Assembly (NCBI GenBank): GCA_018054005.1
Contig: JAGPKI010000001.1
Span: 1 to 36,411, forward strand
DNA from: Caldisericia bacterium
Lineage (GTDB): Bacteria > Caldisericota > Caldisericia > UBA6126 > JAGPKI01
Length of the DNA stretch: 36,411 bases
Direction of reading: 5' to 3'
Shown here: positions 25,024-35,318 of the stretch, one piece after another
Layout: every line of letters begins with the position of its first letter
Position numbering within the stretch: the stretch's first letter is position 1
Program-made: the position numbers and the translations under genes
Notes under the pieces: model-generated
What the model was told of the DNA's origin: nothing
Database searches by the model: none
What the model saw: only the letters and a program-made list of their open reading frames with translations

Positions 25024-27613
25024 TTATTAGAAATGAAACTAAATTTCTTTTAAGATAATCAATAATCCCGCCAATACTATCTGAATTTATACTTCCAGTT
25101 TGAATGAGATTACCCTTTCCTCCACCTTTTATTGCAAATTTTTCTGACATATTTACTAAGACTTTTTGAAAATCAAATTCTTTGGATCCTGTGATAATTA
25201 AATTTGTAGAACCTTCTCTTGCATTACCAAGAATAATAAAAGTTTGTCCTTTTGATTTTTCCTTTATTAAGTCAGCCAAGTTTCTCAAATACTCAATTTC
25301 AGAGTTCTTAAAAGACTTATAAATAAACTTTATGCCATTGATTGCTTCACCCTCATTTAATGTCTCTTCTGCAACGTAGTTCATCAGTCTTTTTTCAAGA
25401 GTTCTTATTTTAGTAGTTTTCTCTTTATTCTCTTCGATTAATGCTTTAACTCCATCTAAAATGTCAATATTTGGGTTGTTGAGTAACTCCTTTAAATTGT
25501 TTAATATATGTGAATCCTCTTTAAACTTTAAATACGCTTTATTTCCACATACTGCCTCAATTCTACGTAAATTCGATCCAATACTTCCTTCTTTTAGTAT
25601 TTTAAAAACTCTTATTTCTAAAGTATTCTTAACATGTATTCCTGCGCATAGTTCTTTAGATATTTCATCTATTGAAACTACCCTTACAGTTTCACCATAT
25701 TTTTCTTTGAATAAAGCAGTTGCACCCTCTGAGAGAGCTTCCGAATATGGCATTTCTTTGGTTTCCACGTTATAGCTATTTTCAATTGCATCGTTTACAA
25801 TATCTTCGATCTCCACTAACTCTTTATAGTCAAGTCCTTTAAATGCATTAAAGTCGAATCTTAAATAATCTGAATCTACCAAAGAACCTGCTTGATTTGT
25901 GTACTCTCCAATTACTTTTTTTAAGGCATAATGAAGAAGATGCGTTGAAGTATGTGCTCTTTTTATACCCTTTCTGAATTCTTCAGAAACTTTAGCTAAA
26001 ACCTCATCTTCGAGACAAATCTCTCCATTTAAAAGGATACCTTTATGTATAATTAAGTCTGCTACAGGGGAAAATGTATTTGTTACTTTGAACTTGAAAT
26101 GATTTCCCTCTATTATTCCTTTATCTCCAACAGGACCTCCTTTTTCAGAAAAGAATGGAGTTTTATCAAGTATTAAAAATATCTCTGAATTATCAATCTT
26201 ACTTAGTTTTTCAAAAGAAATATTGTCTTTGACAATGCCTTTTACAACTGACTTTGTTTGTGAGGTTTCATAACCTAAAAACTCTGTTTTACCAATACTG
26301 TCACGAACTTGTATCCAATAGTCAGTTTCTTCCAAAGTTTTATCTAAATTACTCTCTCTTTTAGCTCTTTTAATCTGCTCTTCGTAAAGGTAATTAAACC
26401 TTTCTTCGTCAAGCTTCATTCCTTCTGCTTCGAGCATTTCTTTTGTTAGGGATACAGGAAAGCCAAAAGTATCATGTAGCTTAAAGGCTACATCACCACT
26501 AAACACTAATGTTGTTTTCTTTTTTTCTTCATTAAATATTCTTAAGCCTTCTTTTAAGGTTTTGTTGAATTGCTCTTCTTCTTTATTAACAACTAAATCA
26601 ATCCTGCTTTTAGCTTGATTAAGATATGTATAATAATTGCCCATTGTATTTATTACAACTGAGCATAGGTTAAATATAAAAGGCATATCGATACCAAGCA
26701 GATATCCTGATAGTTTAGTCCTGCGAATCAGTCTTCGCAGAACATAACCATGTCTTTGATTTTCAGGGAATACTCCATCAGCCACAAGAAAAGTTATAGC
26801 TCTTGCGTGATCTGCTATTAAATTAAATCTATCTCTTTCATATGACCTATTCTTCTTTGAGAGCTCTTCAACTCTCTCCAATATTGAATTAAAAATATCT
26901 ATATCAAAATTGGACTTTACACCATTTACAGCAGCTGATAATCTCTCTAACCCCATCCCCGTATCTATATTCTTTTTGGGAAGAGGCTTTAAATTGCCAT
27001 CCTTCTCTAAGTTAAACTCAGTAAAAACAAGATTCCATAGTTCAACAAATCTTCCGCATTCACAATTAGGGCTACAATCTGGCTTTCTACAACCAACATC
27101 TTCTCCAAGGTCAAAATATATTTCCGAGTCATATCCAGCTGGTCCGGTTTGAGCCATTTGCCAGAAATTTTCTTTAGATTCAATTATCCTGCCTTGTGGT
27201 ATTAATTTCTTCCAGATAGACTTAGCCTCTAAATCTTCAGGATAAACAGATATCCAAATTCTCTCCAAGGGAAGAGCAACATTATTTGTTAAAAACTCCA
27301 AAGCCAACGCTATTGCTTCATCTTTAAAATAGTCACCTATGGAGAAATTACCAAGCATTTCAAAAAAGGTGTGATGTCTTGGAGTTTTACCAACTTTTTC
27401 AATATCATTGGTTCGTAAACATCTCTGGACTGAAGTTAATCTCGTATTTGGAGGTTCTTCTTCTCCTAAAAAATACTTTTTTAGTGGTACCATACCAGCA
27501 ATAGTAAACATCAGTGTTGGATCATCAATAGGAAGTGGAGAAGCTAATACTTCTTTATGTCCTTTACTTCTAAAATAGTCAAGAAATGATGTTCTTAATT
27601 CATCTGTTTTCAT
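25010..27613 (-). CDS. alaS: alanine--tRNA ligase
   Basis: 867 aa with MKTDELRTSFLDYFRSKGH and the editing-domain motif HTSTHLLH. Confidence 0.95.
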   Translation of the reverse strand: MKTDELRTSFLDYFRSKGHKEVLASPLPIDDPTLMFTIAGMVPLKKYFLGEEEPPNTRLTSVQRCLRTNDIEKVGKTPRHHTFFEMLGNFSIGDYFKDEAIALALEFLTNNVALPLERIWISVYPEDLEAKSIWKKLIPQGRIIESKENFWQMAQTGPAGYDSEIYFDLGEDVGCRKPDCSPNCECGRFVELWNLVFTEFNLEKDGNLKPLPKKNIDTGMGLERLSAAVNGVKSNFDIDIFNSILERVEELSKKNRSYERDRFNLIADHARAITFLVADGVFPENQRHGYVLRRLIRRTKLSGYLLGIDMPFIFNLCSVVINTMGNYYTYLNQAKSRIDLVVNKEEEQFNKTLKEGLRIFNEEKKKTTLVFSGDVAFKLHDTFGFPVSLTKEMLEAEGMKLDEERFNYLYEEQIKRAKRESNLDKTLEETDYWIQVRDSIGKTEFLGYETSQTKSVVKGIVKDNISFEKLSKIDNSEIFLILDKTPFFSEKGGPVGDKGIIEGNHFKFKVTNTFSPVADLIIHKGILLNGEICLEDEVLAKVSEEFRKGIKRAHTSTHLLHYALKKVIGEYTNQAGSLVDSDYLRFDFNAFKGLDYKELVEIEDIVNDAIENSYNVETKEMPYSEALSEGATALFKEKYGETVRVVSIDEISKELCAGIHVKNTLEIRVFKILKEGSIGSNLRRIEAVCGNKAYLKFKEDSHILNNLKELLNNPNIDILDGVKALIEENKEKTTKIRTLEKRLMNYVAEETLNEGEAINGIKFIYKSFKNSEIEYLRNLADLIKEKSKGQTFIILGNAREGSTNLIITGSKEFDFQKVLVNMSEKFAIKGGGKGNLIQTGSINSDSIGGIIDYLKRNLVSFLINEEK

Positions 27614-29124
27614 AAAATAATGCTACTCTCAGCCATTTCAATGGGTTTATCGATATCTAATATTCTTAGCACAATATCTGCAACATCTCTTAAATAAGCA
27701 TTATCTTTAAGTTTTATCTCTTTTAAAGTACGGGGTAAATATAAAAAAGGTACTTTATTAGTTGTATGTGCAGTAATGGTATTACCATTTTCATCAATCA
27801 TCTCTTCAGCATTTCCATGATCAGCGGTAATTATTATGTCGTAAGAATCTTTAAAAACATTATATAGCCTTCCAATACAATTATCTACAGTTTCAACAGC
27901 AGATATAGCTGCAGAAAGCTTTCCTGTATGTCCAACCATATCACAATTAGCAAAATTTAATAGAATAAAGTCAAAACCTTTATCAAAATTCTTTATTAGT
28001 GCATCTGTGACCTCATAAGCTGACATCTCAGGCTTTAAATCATATGTTGGTACTTTAGGAGAAGGAATTAGAATTCTTTCCTCGTTTGGAAATGGTTCTT
28101 CTCTTCCACCGCTAAAGAAAAATGTTACATGTGCATATTTCTCGGTTTCAGCTATTCTAAGCTGAGTAAGCCCCTTTTTTGATATTACCTCTCCAACGGT
28201 ATTATGAAGCTCATCTTTTGGAAATAAAACTGGAAGATTAAAGGATTCATCATATTGAGTCATACAATAAAAATTAATATTAACAAATTTTTCTCTTTCA
28301 AAAAAATTAAAATCCTTAAAAGTTAAGGCTTGAGTTATCTCTCTCGCTCTATCGGCACGAAAATTAAAAAATATTAAAACATCACTATCTTTTAAGGGAT
28401 TTGGAGAGTTGTTAGACAAAATCACGCTTGGTTTTACAAACTCATCTGTCTCTCCACGCTCATATGCTGCTTTAATGGCTTCTTTAGGATCAGAATATGT
28501 AAGCCCTCTACCAAGAACAATTGCATCATATGCTAATTTTACTCTATCCCATCTTTTATCTCTATCCATTCCATAATAGCGACCACCAATTGTTGAAAAC
28601 TTTGCATCCTTAAAATTATTTGTAAATTCCCTTATATCTTCAACGTACTTCATAGCTACTGCAGGCTCGGTATCTCTACCATCAAGAAATGCGTCAATAA
28701 AAACTTGTTTCACATCGTAAAGCTTCGCACATTTGATTAAAGCTTTTAGGTGCTCTATATCCGAGTGCACTCGTCCATCTGAAAGCAGTCCCATTAGATG
28801 AAGATTTGTCTTTCTTGCTTTTTCCATAGCTTGGATAATTAGTGGATGCTTAAAAAATGTACCTTCTCTAATTGATTTATTTATCTTTGTTAAATCTTGA
28901 TAGACTATTCTCCCTGCTCCTAAATTTAGATGCCCTACTTCTGAATTTCCCATCTGTCCTTCTGGTAACCCTACAGCTTCCCCCGAGGCTAAAAGTTCAG
29001 TATAAATAGATTTACTCAGTAATGAATTATAATTTGGAGTATTAGCAAGCGTTATAGCATTTCTACTGGATGGAGCTGCTACACCCCAACCATCCATTAT
29101 AATTAAAAGAACTTTACTATTCAT
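27610..29124 (-). CDS. gpmI: 2,3-bisphosphoglycerate-independent phosphoglycerate mutase
   Basis: 504 aa with IMDGWG, NSEVGHLNLGAGR and ADHGNAE motifs. Confidence 0.95.
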   Translation of the reverse strand: MNSKVLLIIMDGWGVAAPSSRNAITLANTPNYNSLLSKSIYTELLASGEAVGLPEGQMGNSEVGHLNLGAGRIVYQDLTKINKSIREGTFFKHPLIIQAMEKARKTNLHLMGLLSDGRVHSDIEHLKALIKCAKLYDVKQVFIDAFLDGRDTEPAVAMKYVEDIREFTNNFKDAKFSTIGGRYYGMDRDKRWDRVKLAYDAIVLGRGLTYSDPKEAIKAAYERGETDEFVKPSVILSNNSPNPLKDSDVLIFFNFRADRAREITQALTFKDFNFFEREKFVNINFYCMTQYDESFNLPVLFPKDELHNTVGEVISKKGLTQLRIAETEKYAHVTFFFSGGREEPFPNEERILIPSPKVPTYDLKPEMSAYEVTDALIKNFDKGFDFILLNFANCDMVGHTGKLSAAISAVETVDNCIGRLYNVFKDSYDIIITADHGNAEEMIDENGNTITAHTTNKVPFLYLPRTLKEIKLKDNAYLRDVADIVLRILDIDKPIEMAESSIIL

Positions 29125-30298
29125 TAAGTTTTTTTATCGGAAGCAGCTCTTTTCCTTCTAAAAATTCAAGGGTAGCTCCGCCACCTGTTGATATATAAGT
29201 AAAACTATCCTCTAAACTAAATTCCTTAATTGAAGACCCAGTATCACCACCAGCTGCAATAATATGAGCACCATTTTCCTTTATTTCTTTTAAATATTTA
29301 TAAATTTCTACTGTACCTTTAGAAAATTCTTCTATTTCAAATATTCCAAGAGGACCATTAACAAGAATTGTTTTTCCATCCCAAAGTTCTTCCTTAAACA
29401 ATTTAATTGTAGCTGGACCAATGTCGGCACCTATTGAATCACTGGGAATTCTATCAATATCATAAGTTTCAATGTGTTTCGGCTCTGCTAAAGAATCTGT
29501 TACAACTACATCTATAGGAAGAATTATTTTCTTATCCAAAGACTTACTTTTTTCAAATATCTCTTTAGCTACATTTATTTGGTCCTCTTCAACAAGAGAT
29601 TTGCCAACTTTAACCCCCTTTGCTGCAAGGAAAGTAAAAGCCATACCACCACCAATGCATATTTTATCAAGCTTTGGAAGGAGTCGTTCTAAAACTCCGA
29701 TTTTACTTGATACCTTTGCACCACCCTGGAGGAGAATAAAAGGTTTAGATGGATTTACAAGTAATTTGGTAAGTTCATTAACTTCTCTCTCAAGCAAGAA
29801 TCCAGCATAAGAAGGGAGAAAATCTGTAATTCCATACACTGAACAATGTGCTCTATGTGCAGAACCAAAAGCATCATTTACATAAATATCAGCAAGTTCA
29901 GCCAATTCTTTAGAAAATGTTGGATCATTTTTTGTTTCTCTTGGATCAAATCTTATGTTTTCAAGGAGTATTAAATCTCCCTCTTTCATTGATTCTACTT
30001 CTTTTTTAACATTGTCACTATAAATTTCATCAAGCTTCTTTACATCTCTGCCAAGAAGCTCACTTAATCTTTTAGCGACGTTATCAAGTTTAAAGTGAGG
30101 CTCTTTATCTTTGGGTCTTCCGAGGTGAGACACAATTATTACTTTTGCCCCTTTGTCTATTAAATATTTAATTGTAGGTAAGGAAGCAACTATTTTAGTA
30201 TCGTCAAGAATGTTCCCATTCTCGTCAATTGGAACATTAAAATCATCTCTCAATAAAACCCTCTTCCCTTTTACTTCTGCATCTCTTATACTTTTCAT
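29117..30298 (-). CDS. pgk: phosphoglycerate kinase
   Basis: 393 aa with KRVLLRDDFNVP, SHLGRPK and GGGDT... motifs. Confidence 0.95.
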   Translation of the reverse strand: MKSIRDAEVKGKRVLLRDDFNVPIDENGNILDDTKIVASLPTIKYLIDKGAKVIIVSHLGRPKDKEPHFKLDNVAKRLSELLGRDVKKLDEIYSDNVKKEVESMKEGDLILLENIRFDPRETKNDPTFSKELAELADIYVNDAFGSAHRAHCSVYGITDFLPSYAGFLLEREVNELTKLLVNPSKPFILLQGGAKVSSKIGVLERLLPKLDKICIGGGMAFTFLAAKGVKVGKSLVEEDQINVAKEIFEKSKSLDKKIILPIDVVVTDSLAEPKHIETYDIDRIPSDSIGADIGPATIKLFKEELWDGKTILVNGPLGIFEIEEFSKGTVEIYKYLKEIKENGAHIIAAGGDTGSSIKEFSLEDSFTYISTGGGATLEFLEGKELLPIKKLNE

Positions 30299-30300
30299 AA

Positions 30301-31305
30301 CTAAATTGCCCCCTGTTTTGAAATAAAATTAAGCAAATCTGCAACTCTTACAGAGTAAGCCCACTCATTGTCATACCAGCTCAAGACTTTTATAAAGTCT
30401 CCCTCTAAAACATCCGTTGATAAACCATCAACAACACCAGAATATGTGCTCCCCTTTAAATCCATGGATACAATGGGGTCAAGAGTAAAACCAAGTATTC
30501 CTTTTAAATATGTATTTGATGCCTCCTCAAGAACCTTATTAACTTCCTCTTTTGTCGTCCCTTTTTCTACAAGACAAACAAAGTCGGTTATTGAGACAGT
30601 TGGAGTCGGGACTCTTAGTGAGATACCGGTAAGTTTTCCTTTCAATTCAGGGATTACTTCACCAACTGCTGTAGCGGCACCAGTTGTTGTTGGTATTATA
30701 TTTAATGCTGCTGCCCTTGCTCTTCTTAAATCTTTATGAGGTAAGTCCAATATTCTCTGGTCATTTGTATAAGAGTGAACAGTAGTCATAAACCCTTTTT
30801 TAACTTTGAAATTATCATTTAAAACTTTTACAACTGGTGCAAGACTATTGGTCGTGCAGGAAGCATTAGAAATAACATTATGTTTTTGAGGATCATAAGA
30901 AGACTCATTTACACCAAGCACTATAGTTATATCTGCCCCCTTAGATGGAGCCGTTACAATAACTTTTTTAACATTTCCCTTAATATGAGTAGATGCTTTT
31001 TCTTTTGAGGTAAAAGCACCAGTTGATTCAATTACTACATTGATTTCATCAGCCCATTTTAAATTATTAGGATCTTTTTCCGCTGAGACATAAATCTTTC
31101 TACCATCGATAATTATATAACTGTCTTCATACTTCACTTCACCCTTGTACACACCATAATTAGAGTCATATTTGTAAAGGTGAGCAAGAGTATGAGTATC
31201 AGTAATATCGTTTACTTGTACTATTTTTATCTCAGGGTAATTCTCCAAAATAGCTTTGCAAATTTGCCTTCCAATTCTTCCAAAACCATTGATTCCAATA
31301 TTCAC
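30301..31305 (-). CDS. gap: type I glyceraldehyde-3-phosphate dehydrogenase
   Basis: 334 aa with INGFGRIGR, the catalytic ASCTTN and WYDNEW. GTG start after an AAAGGAGGGG SD. Confidence 0.95.
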   Translation of the reverse strand: MNIGINGFGRIGRQICKAILENYPEIKIVQVNDITDTHTLAHLYKYDSNYGVYKGEVKYEDSYIIIDGRKIYVSAEKDPNNLKWADEINVVIESTGAFTSKEKASTHIKGNVKKVIVTAPSKGADITIVLGVNESSYDPQKHNVISNASCTTNSLAPVVKVLNDNFKVKKGFMTTVHSYTNDQRILDLPHKDLRRARAAALNIIPTTTGAATAVGEVIPELKGKLTGISLRVPTPTVSITDFVCLVEKGTTKEEVNKVLEEASNTYLKGILGFTLDPIVSMDLKGSTYSGVVDGLSTDVLEGDFIKVLSWYDNEWAYSVRVADLLNFISKQGAI

Positions 31306-31353
31306 TTTTTCCCCTCCTTTAATTAATTTTAAAGAAAAAAGTATCCTTAAAAG

Positions 31354-31382
31354 ATTGTAATTTAAGAATGATTAAATTTCAA
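31354..31382 (-). promoter_or_regulatory. candidate promoter of the gap...pilC operon
   Basis: On the minus strand: TTGAAA (31382-31377), exactly 17-nt spacer, TACAAT (31359-31354), about 45 nt upstream of the gap start. Confidence 0.5.
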
Positions 31383-31407
31383 CAATTCAAGCTAACTTTG
31401 ATTAAAT

Positions 31408-31851
31408 CTATCCTATCATCTTTTGCATTTTGTAATGTGGAATGGTAACTTCTATAAATTCTTCGCTTACCTTTGTGTAACCAAGCTTCTCATAAAATTC
31501 TACAGCTGTTTTTCTTGAATTTAGGATAATTATCTTGCATCCTAAATTTTTAGCATACTCTTCGGCATAAATTACTAATTTAGTTCCTATTCCCTTTCCT
31601 CTAAAAGACTCATGAATAGCAACTTGCCTCATCTTAATTTCGCTATTGTTTAATGGAGTCAAAATCAAAACTCCAACTAACAAATTATTTAAAAATACTC
31701 CAATATGAAAGTCATATTTCTCGCTATCTAAGTTTTCATCAAATAGACTTAATTTTAAAGGTTTTCTTAATACTTCGTCTCTTAATTTGAGTTCTTCATA
31801 ATATTCTTTTGAATCCACTTTAATTTGTCTTATCTTTAATTTATCTTGCAC
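31408..31851 (-). CDS. GNAT family N-acetyltransferase
   Basis: 147 aa with acetyl-CoA motif A QVAIHESFRGKGIGTKLV. GTG start with a weak SD, so the start is uncertain. Confidence 0.8.
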   Translation of the reverse strand: MQDKLKIRQIKVDSKEYYEELKLRDEVLRKPLKLSLFDENLDSEKYDFHIGVFLNNLLVGVLILTPLNNSEIKMRQVAIHESFRGKGIGTKLVIYAEEYAKNLGCKIIILNSRKTAVEFYEKLGYTKVSEEFIEVTIPHYKMQKMIG

Positions 31852-32100
31852 TTTAACATTTCTTTGTATTTCTGCCGCAACACAAGCATGAAAATAATAA
31901 CTTTAATCCTTTTCTATTGCCACTTATATAATTTTGTTTAAATAAACAATTCAATTTCTTTAAATTCAATCTCTTTACTATAACTTAAGTTTGATTTTAA
32001 TAAACTCGAATAAATTTATCAATTAATTAAAAGGAGGATTAATTTTGGAGTTATTATTTTCGGATGAAATTATCTGTTTAAGTTTATTATATTCAATAAA
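31851..32100 (+). repeat. Intergenic repeat family, copy D (core 31873-32070; contains an internal 15-nt tandem duplication and an insertion)
   Basis: Near-identical to copy A over the 5' box, the mini-ORF and the 3' box (AATTTTGGAGTTATTATTTTCGGATGAAAT). The interior is about 56 nt longer than in A. Confidence 0.85.
31888..31941 (+). CDS. candidate small hydrophobic peptide, 17 aa (MKIITLILFYCHLYNFV), inside repeat copy D
   Basis: Hand translation. It has the same length as copy A. Six nucleotide differences give 4 hydrophobic-to-hydrophobic replacements and 1 synonymous change. No SD. Confidence 0.3.
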   Translation: MKIITLILFYCHLYNFV

Positions 32101-32241
32101 ATAAAATAAAATAAAAGAAGACCTAATACATATTTTAATTCAAAAATACATTATTGATTATATGTCGACTTAAACCTGTTTAATTATATAATTATTAATT
32201 TAAGAAGTAATAAGTAAAATTATCCTTTCTAAAACATTTAC

Positions 32242-32270
32242 TTGAAAAAGTGAATATAAATCCTTAGAAT
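32242..32270 (+). promoter_or_regulatory. candidate hisS promoter positioned for a leaderless transcript
   Basis: TTGAAA (32242-32247), 17-nt spacer, TAGAAT (32265-32270). The A of the hisS ATG (32278) is 8 nt after the -10 hexamer. There is no SD in between. Confidence 0.5.
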
Positions 32271-32277
32271 TTACCTT

Positions 32278-33549
32278 ATGAAATTTAGAAAACTACCAGG
32301 GACAAGAGATATATTGCCAGATGAAGCCTTAATCTGGGAAAAAGTAGAAAGTGTCATAAGGGAGACTGCAAAGTCTTATTCATTCTTTGAAATAACAACC
32401 CCTACATTTGAAAGTTCGTGTTTATTCACTCATTCCGTTGGAGACACAACTGACATCGTTACCAAAGAAATGTATACTTTTATTGATAAGGGTGGTAGAG
32501 AAATCACTCTTAAGCCTGAGGGCACTGCACCGGTAGTGAGAGCCTATATAGAAAACAATTTAAGCGCCGGTCCTAAACCAGTTAAGCTTTTCTATATAGA
32601 CCGTTTCTTTAGATATGAGCGTCCCCAAAAGGGGAGGTTGAGGGAGTTTCATCAGTTTGGAGCAGAGGTTTTTGGTAGTTCAAGTACTTTTGTTGAAGTG
32701 GAATTACTAAAGCTGTCTTTTGAAATTCTTGAAAAGTTGGGCTTTAACGAGCTTATTGTTGATATTAATACTATTGGTTGTAGAGATTGCAGCCCAAAAT
32801 ACAAAGAAGCCTTAAGGGATTATTTAAATAATCAAAAAGAAGAACTTTGTGATGACTGTAAAAATAGAGTTGAAAGAAATGTTTTAAGAGTTCTTGATTG
32901 TAAAAAAGAGAGTTGCAAAAAAGTATCCCAAAATGCACCAAAGATAATTAATTATTTATGTAATGATTGTAAAACCCAATTTGAAGAACTAAAAACCAAC
33001 CTTGATAAATTTGATATAAACTACAAATTAAACGAACACCTCGTGAGGGGTCTTGATTATTATGATAAGACAGTTTTTGAAGTTATATCTTCTTCGCTTG
33101 GTTCTCAAAACGCTCTTCTTGGCGGTGGTAGATATGACTACCTCGTTAAGGACTTAGGAGGTATTGATACTCCGGCATGTGGTTTTGCACTTGGTATGGA
33201 AAGACTAATAATGTTAATTATTGAAAAGAATTTAATTAAAATGCCCTCTGCTGCACCTTTTATTTACATTATTAATACTGGTAATAATGCATTAATTGAG
33301 TCGTTTAAGCTTGCTAATATTTTAAGAAAAGAAAATTTTATAACTGAGGTTGACCTTGAAGGGAAGGGAATTAAGAAAGGGCTTAGTTTTGCAGAGAAGA
33401 AAGGAATAAAAAAAGTAATAATAATCGGTGAAGATGAAGTTAAAAATGGTAAATATACATTACGAGATATGGATTCGCATAGTCAGGATACATATTTTTT
33501 AGATGACCTTATGAGCTATTTAAAATCCTTAAAGGTGGAAGAAGAATGA
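32278..33549 (+). CDS. hisS: histidine--tRNA ligase
   Basis: 423 aa with GTRDILPDE and class II motif 2 [16 protein letters not shown]. Confidence 0.95.
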   Translation: MKFRKLPGTRDILPDEALIWEKVESVIRETAKSYSFFEITTPTFESSCLFTHSVGDTTDIVTKEMYTFIDKGGREITLKPEGTAPVVRAYIENNLSAGPKPVKLFYIDRFFRYERPQKGRLREFHQFGAEVFGSSSTFVEVELLKLSFEILEKLGFNELIVDINTIGCRDCSPKYKEALRDYLNNQKEELCDDCKNRVERNVLRVLDCKKESCKKVSQNAPKIINYLCNDCKTQFEELKTNLDKFDINYKLNEHLVRGLDYYDKTVFEVISSSLGSQNALLGGGRYDYLVKDLGGIDTPACGFALGMERLIMLIIEKNLIKMPSAAPFIYIINTGNNALIESFKLANILRKENFITEVDLEGKGIKKGLSFAEKKGIKKVIIIGEDEVKNGKYTLRDMDSHSQDTYFLDDLMSYLKSLKVEEE

Positions 33550-35318
33550 AATATCGTGACTATTACTGTGGAGATATAGATGAGTCAATTGTTGGTAAAA
33601 ATATTACCTTATCTGGTTGGGTGGATAGAAAAAGAGAAGTAGGGGCAATAACTTTTATTTTACTTAGGGATAGAGCAGGCTTAGTTCAACTTGTTTTTGA
33701 TTCTTCACACTCTAAAGAATCTTTTTACATTGCAGGTAGCTTAAGTCACGAAGATGTTATAAAAATCAATGGTCTTGTTCGGGAAAGAGCACCAAAAGAT
33801 ATAAATAGTTCAATGAAAACAGGTAAAATAGAAGTACTGGTTGAAAATATAGAAATACTGAATAAAACAACAGGATTACCGTTTCAAATACAGAACTCAG
33901 AAAATATAACAGAAAATTTAAGACTTAAATATCGCTACATCGATTTAAGAAATCCGCAAGTATTTAAAAACATTTATTCCAGGCACTTTGTTTTACAGGT
34001 TGTAAGGAAGTTTTTTTCTGATAATGGTTTTATAGAAGTTGAAACTCCCTACCTTGGTAGAAGCACTCCAGAGGGTGCAAGAGATTATCTTGTTCCATCT
34101 CGCTTAAACCCCGGTAAATTCTATGCTTTAACGCAATCTCCTCAACTCTATAAACAGCTTCTTATGATCGGTGGTATCGATAAATATTTCCAGCTCTCCC
34201 GCTGTTTTAGGGATGAGGATTTTAGACTTGATAGACAGCCTGAATTTACTCAGATTGATTTCGAAATGTCATTTGTAACTGAAGATGATATAAGAAAGCT
34301 AATAGAAAATCTGATGAAACAAGTATTCAAAGAAGTTTTAGATATTGAGATAGTAACTCCTTTTCCTTGTATAAGTTATAATGATGCAATTTCAAAATAT
34401 GGTACTGATAAGCCTGACTTAAGGTTTCCGTTTGAAATTAAAGATTTAACTGATATTTTCTTAAATTCATCATTTGAGCCATATAAAAATGTTGCAATTG
34501 ACGGTGGAATAATTGGTGCAATAAATATTGACTCGAACTTGATATCTCTTTCAAGGAAAGACGAAGAGGAATTAATAAATATGATGAACTTTACAAATGG
34601 TTCTATAAAAACCTTAAGAGTTAGAGAAGAAGATATTTCATTTAGTGGAATAAAATTTCTCTCAAAAGAGCAGATTGAAGAGCTCACTAAAAGGCTTGAT
34701 TGCCATATAAAAGATACAGCTTTTATTGCTTCAGGTAAAGTTGAAGATGTCTATAAAATACTCGGAAATATTAGAACTGAAATAATAAAGAGGCTGCCAA
34801 AAGAGAAAAATGTATTCAAATTTGCATGGATAACAGATTTTAGCCTTTTTGATTGGAACGAAGAAGAAAAAAGTCTTGTTTCAAGTCAGCATCCATTTAC
34901 TCTTCCAAACATCGATGACTTCAATAAATATAAAGAAAATAATCCCTTAAAGATCAGAGCTAATTCATCTGATCTTATTTTAAATGGTTTTGAACTTGGT
35001 TCAGGAGGATTAAGAATAAATAATCCAAATATGCAAGTAGAGATATTTAAACTTTTAGGACTTACAGAAAATGATATCTATGACAAATTTGGTTTTCTAA
35101 TTGAAGCTTTGAGTAAAGGAGCACCACCTGAAGGTGGTTTTGCTATAGGTGTCGATAGACTTGTTATGCTAATTACAGACGCATCCTCCCTAAGAGATGT
35201 AATAGCATTCCCTAAAAACACCCGTGGTGCATCACCCTTAACCGGCGAACCTACCGAAGTAGATGAAAAACAACTTAAAGAATTAAAAATTCAAGTTATT
35301 AAGGAAGGCTTAGAGTGA
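33546..35318 (+). CDS. aspS: aspartate--tRNA ligase (bacterial type)
   Basis: 590 aa with [18 protein letters not shown] and [14 protein letters not shown] overlap with hisS. Confidence 0.95.
   Translation: MKYRDYYCGDIDESIVGKNITLSGWVDRKREVGAITFILLRDRAGLVQLVFDSSHSKESFYIAGSLSHEDVIKINGLVRERAPKDINSSMKTGKIEVLVENIEILNKTTGLPFQIQNSENITENLRLKYRYIDLRNPQVFKNIYSRHFVLQVVRKFFSDNGFIEVETPYLGRSTPEGARDYLVPSRLNPGKFYALTQSPQLYKQLLMIGGIDKYFQLSRCFRDEDFRLDRQPEFTQIDFEMSFVTEDDIRKLIENLMKQVFKEVLDIEIVTPFPCISYNDAISKYGTDKPDLRFPFEIKDLTDIFLNSSFEPYKNVAIDGGIIGAINIDSNLISLSRKDEEELINMMNFTNGSIKTLRVREEDISFSGIKFLSKEQIEELTKRLDCHIKDTAFIASGKVEDVYKILGNIRTEIIKRLPKEKNVFKFAWITDFSLFDWNEEEKSLVSSQHPFTLPNIDDFNKYKENNPLKIRANSSDLILNGFELGSGGLRINNPNMQVEIFKLLGLTENDIYDKFGFLIEALSKGAPPEGGFAIGVDRLVMLITDASSLRDVIAFPKNTRGASPLTGEPTEVDEKQLKELKIQVIKEGLE

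Noticed and set aside
31408-31851. GNAT as a toxin of a GNAT/RHH (TacT/KacT-like) type II toxin-antitoxin pair
   Set aside because: There is no small RHH or DUF1778 partner ORF upstream or downstream. The gene appears monocistronic and is a generic small acetyltransferase.
32096-32116. (ATAAA)x4 pentanucleotide microsatellite just after repeat copy D
   Set aside because: It is a short, pure A/T low-complexity run typical of AT-rich intergenic DNA. It is not positioned between -35 and -10 elements or in a coding region, so I see no basis for a phase-variation claim.
31852-32277. T-box or other riboswitch leader upstream of hisS-aspS
   Set aside because: No T-box consensus (AANNNGGGUGGUACCGCG-like) and no specifier/terminator architecture was found. 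The same repeat occurs upstream of unrelated genes, and the best promoter candidate leaves no leader at all.
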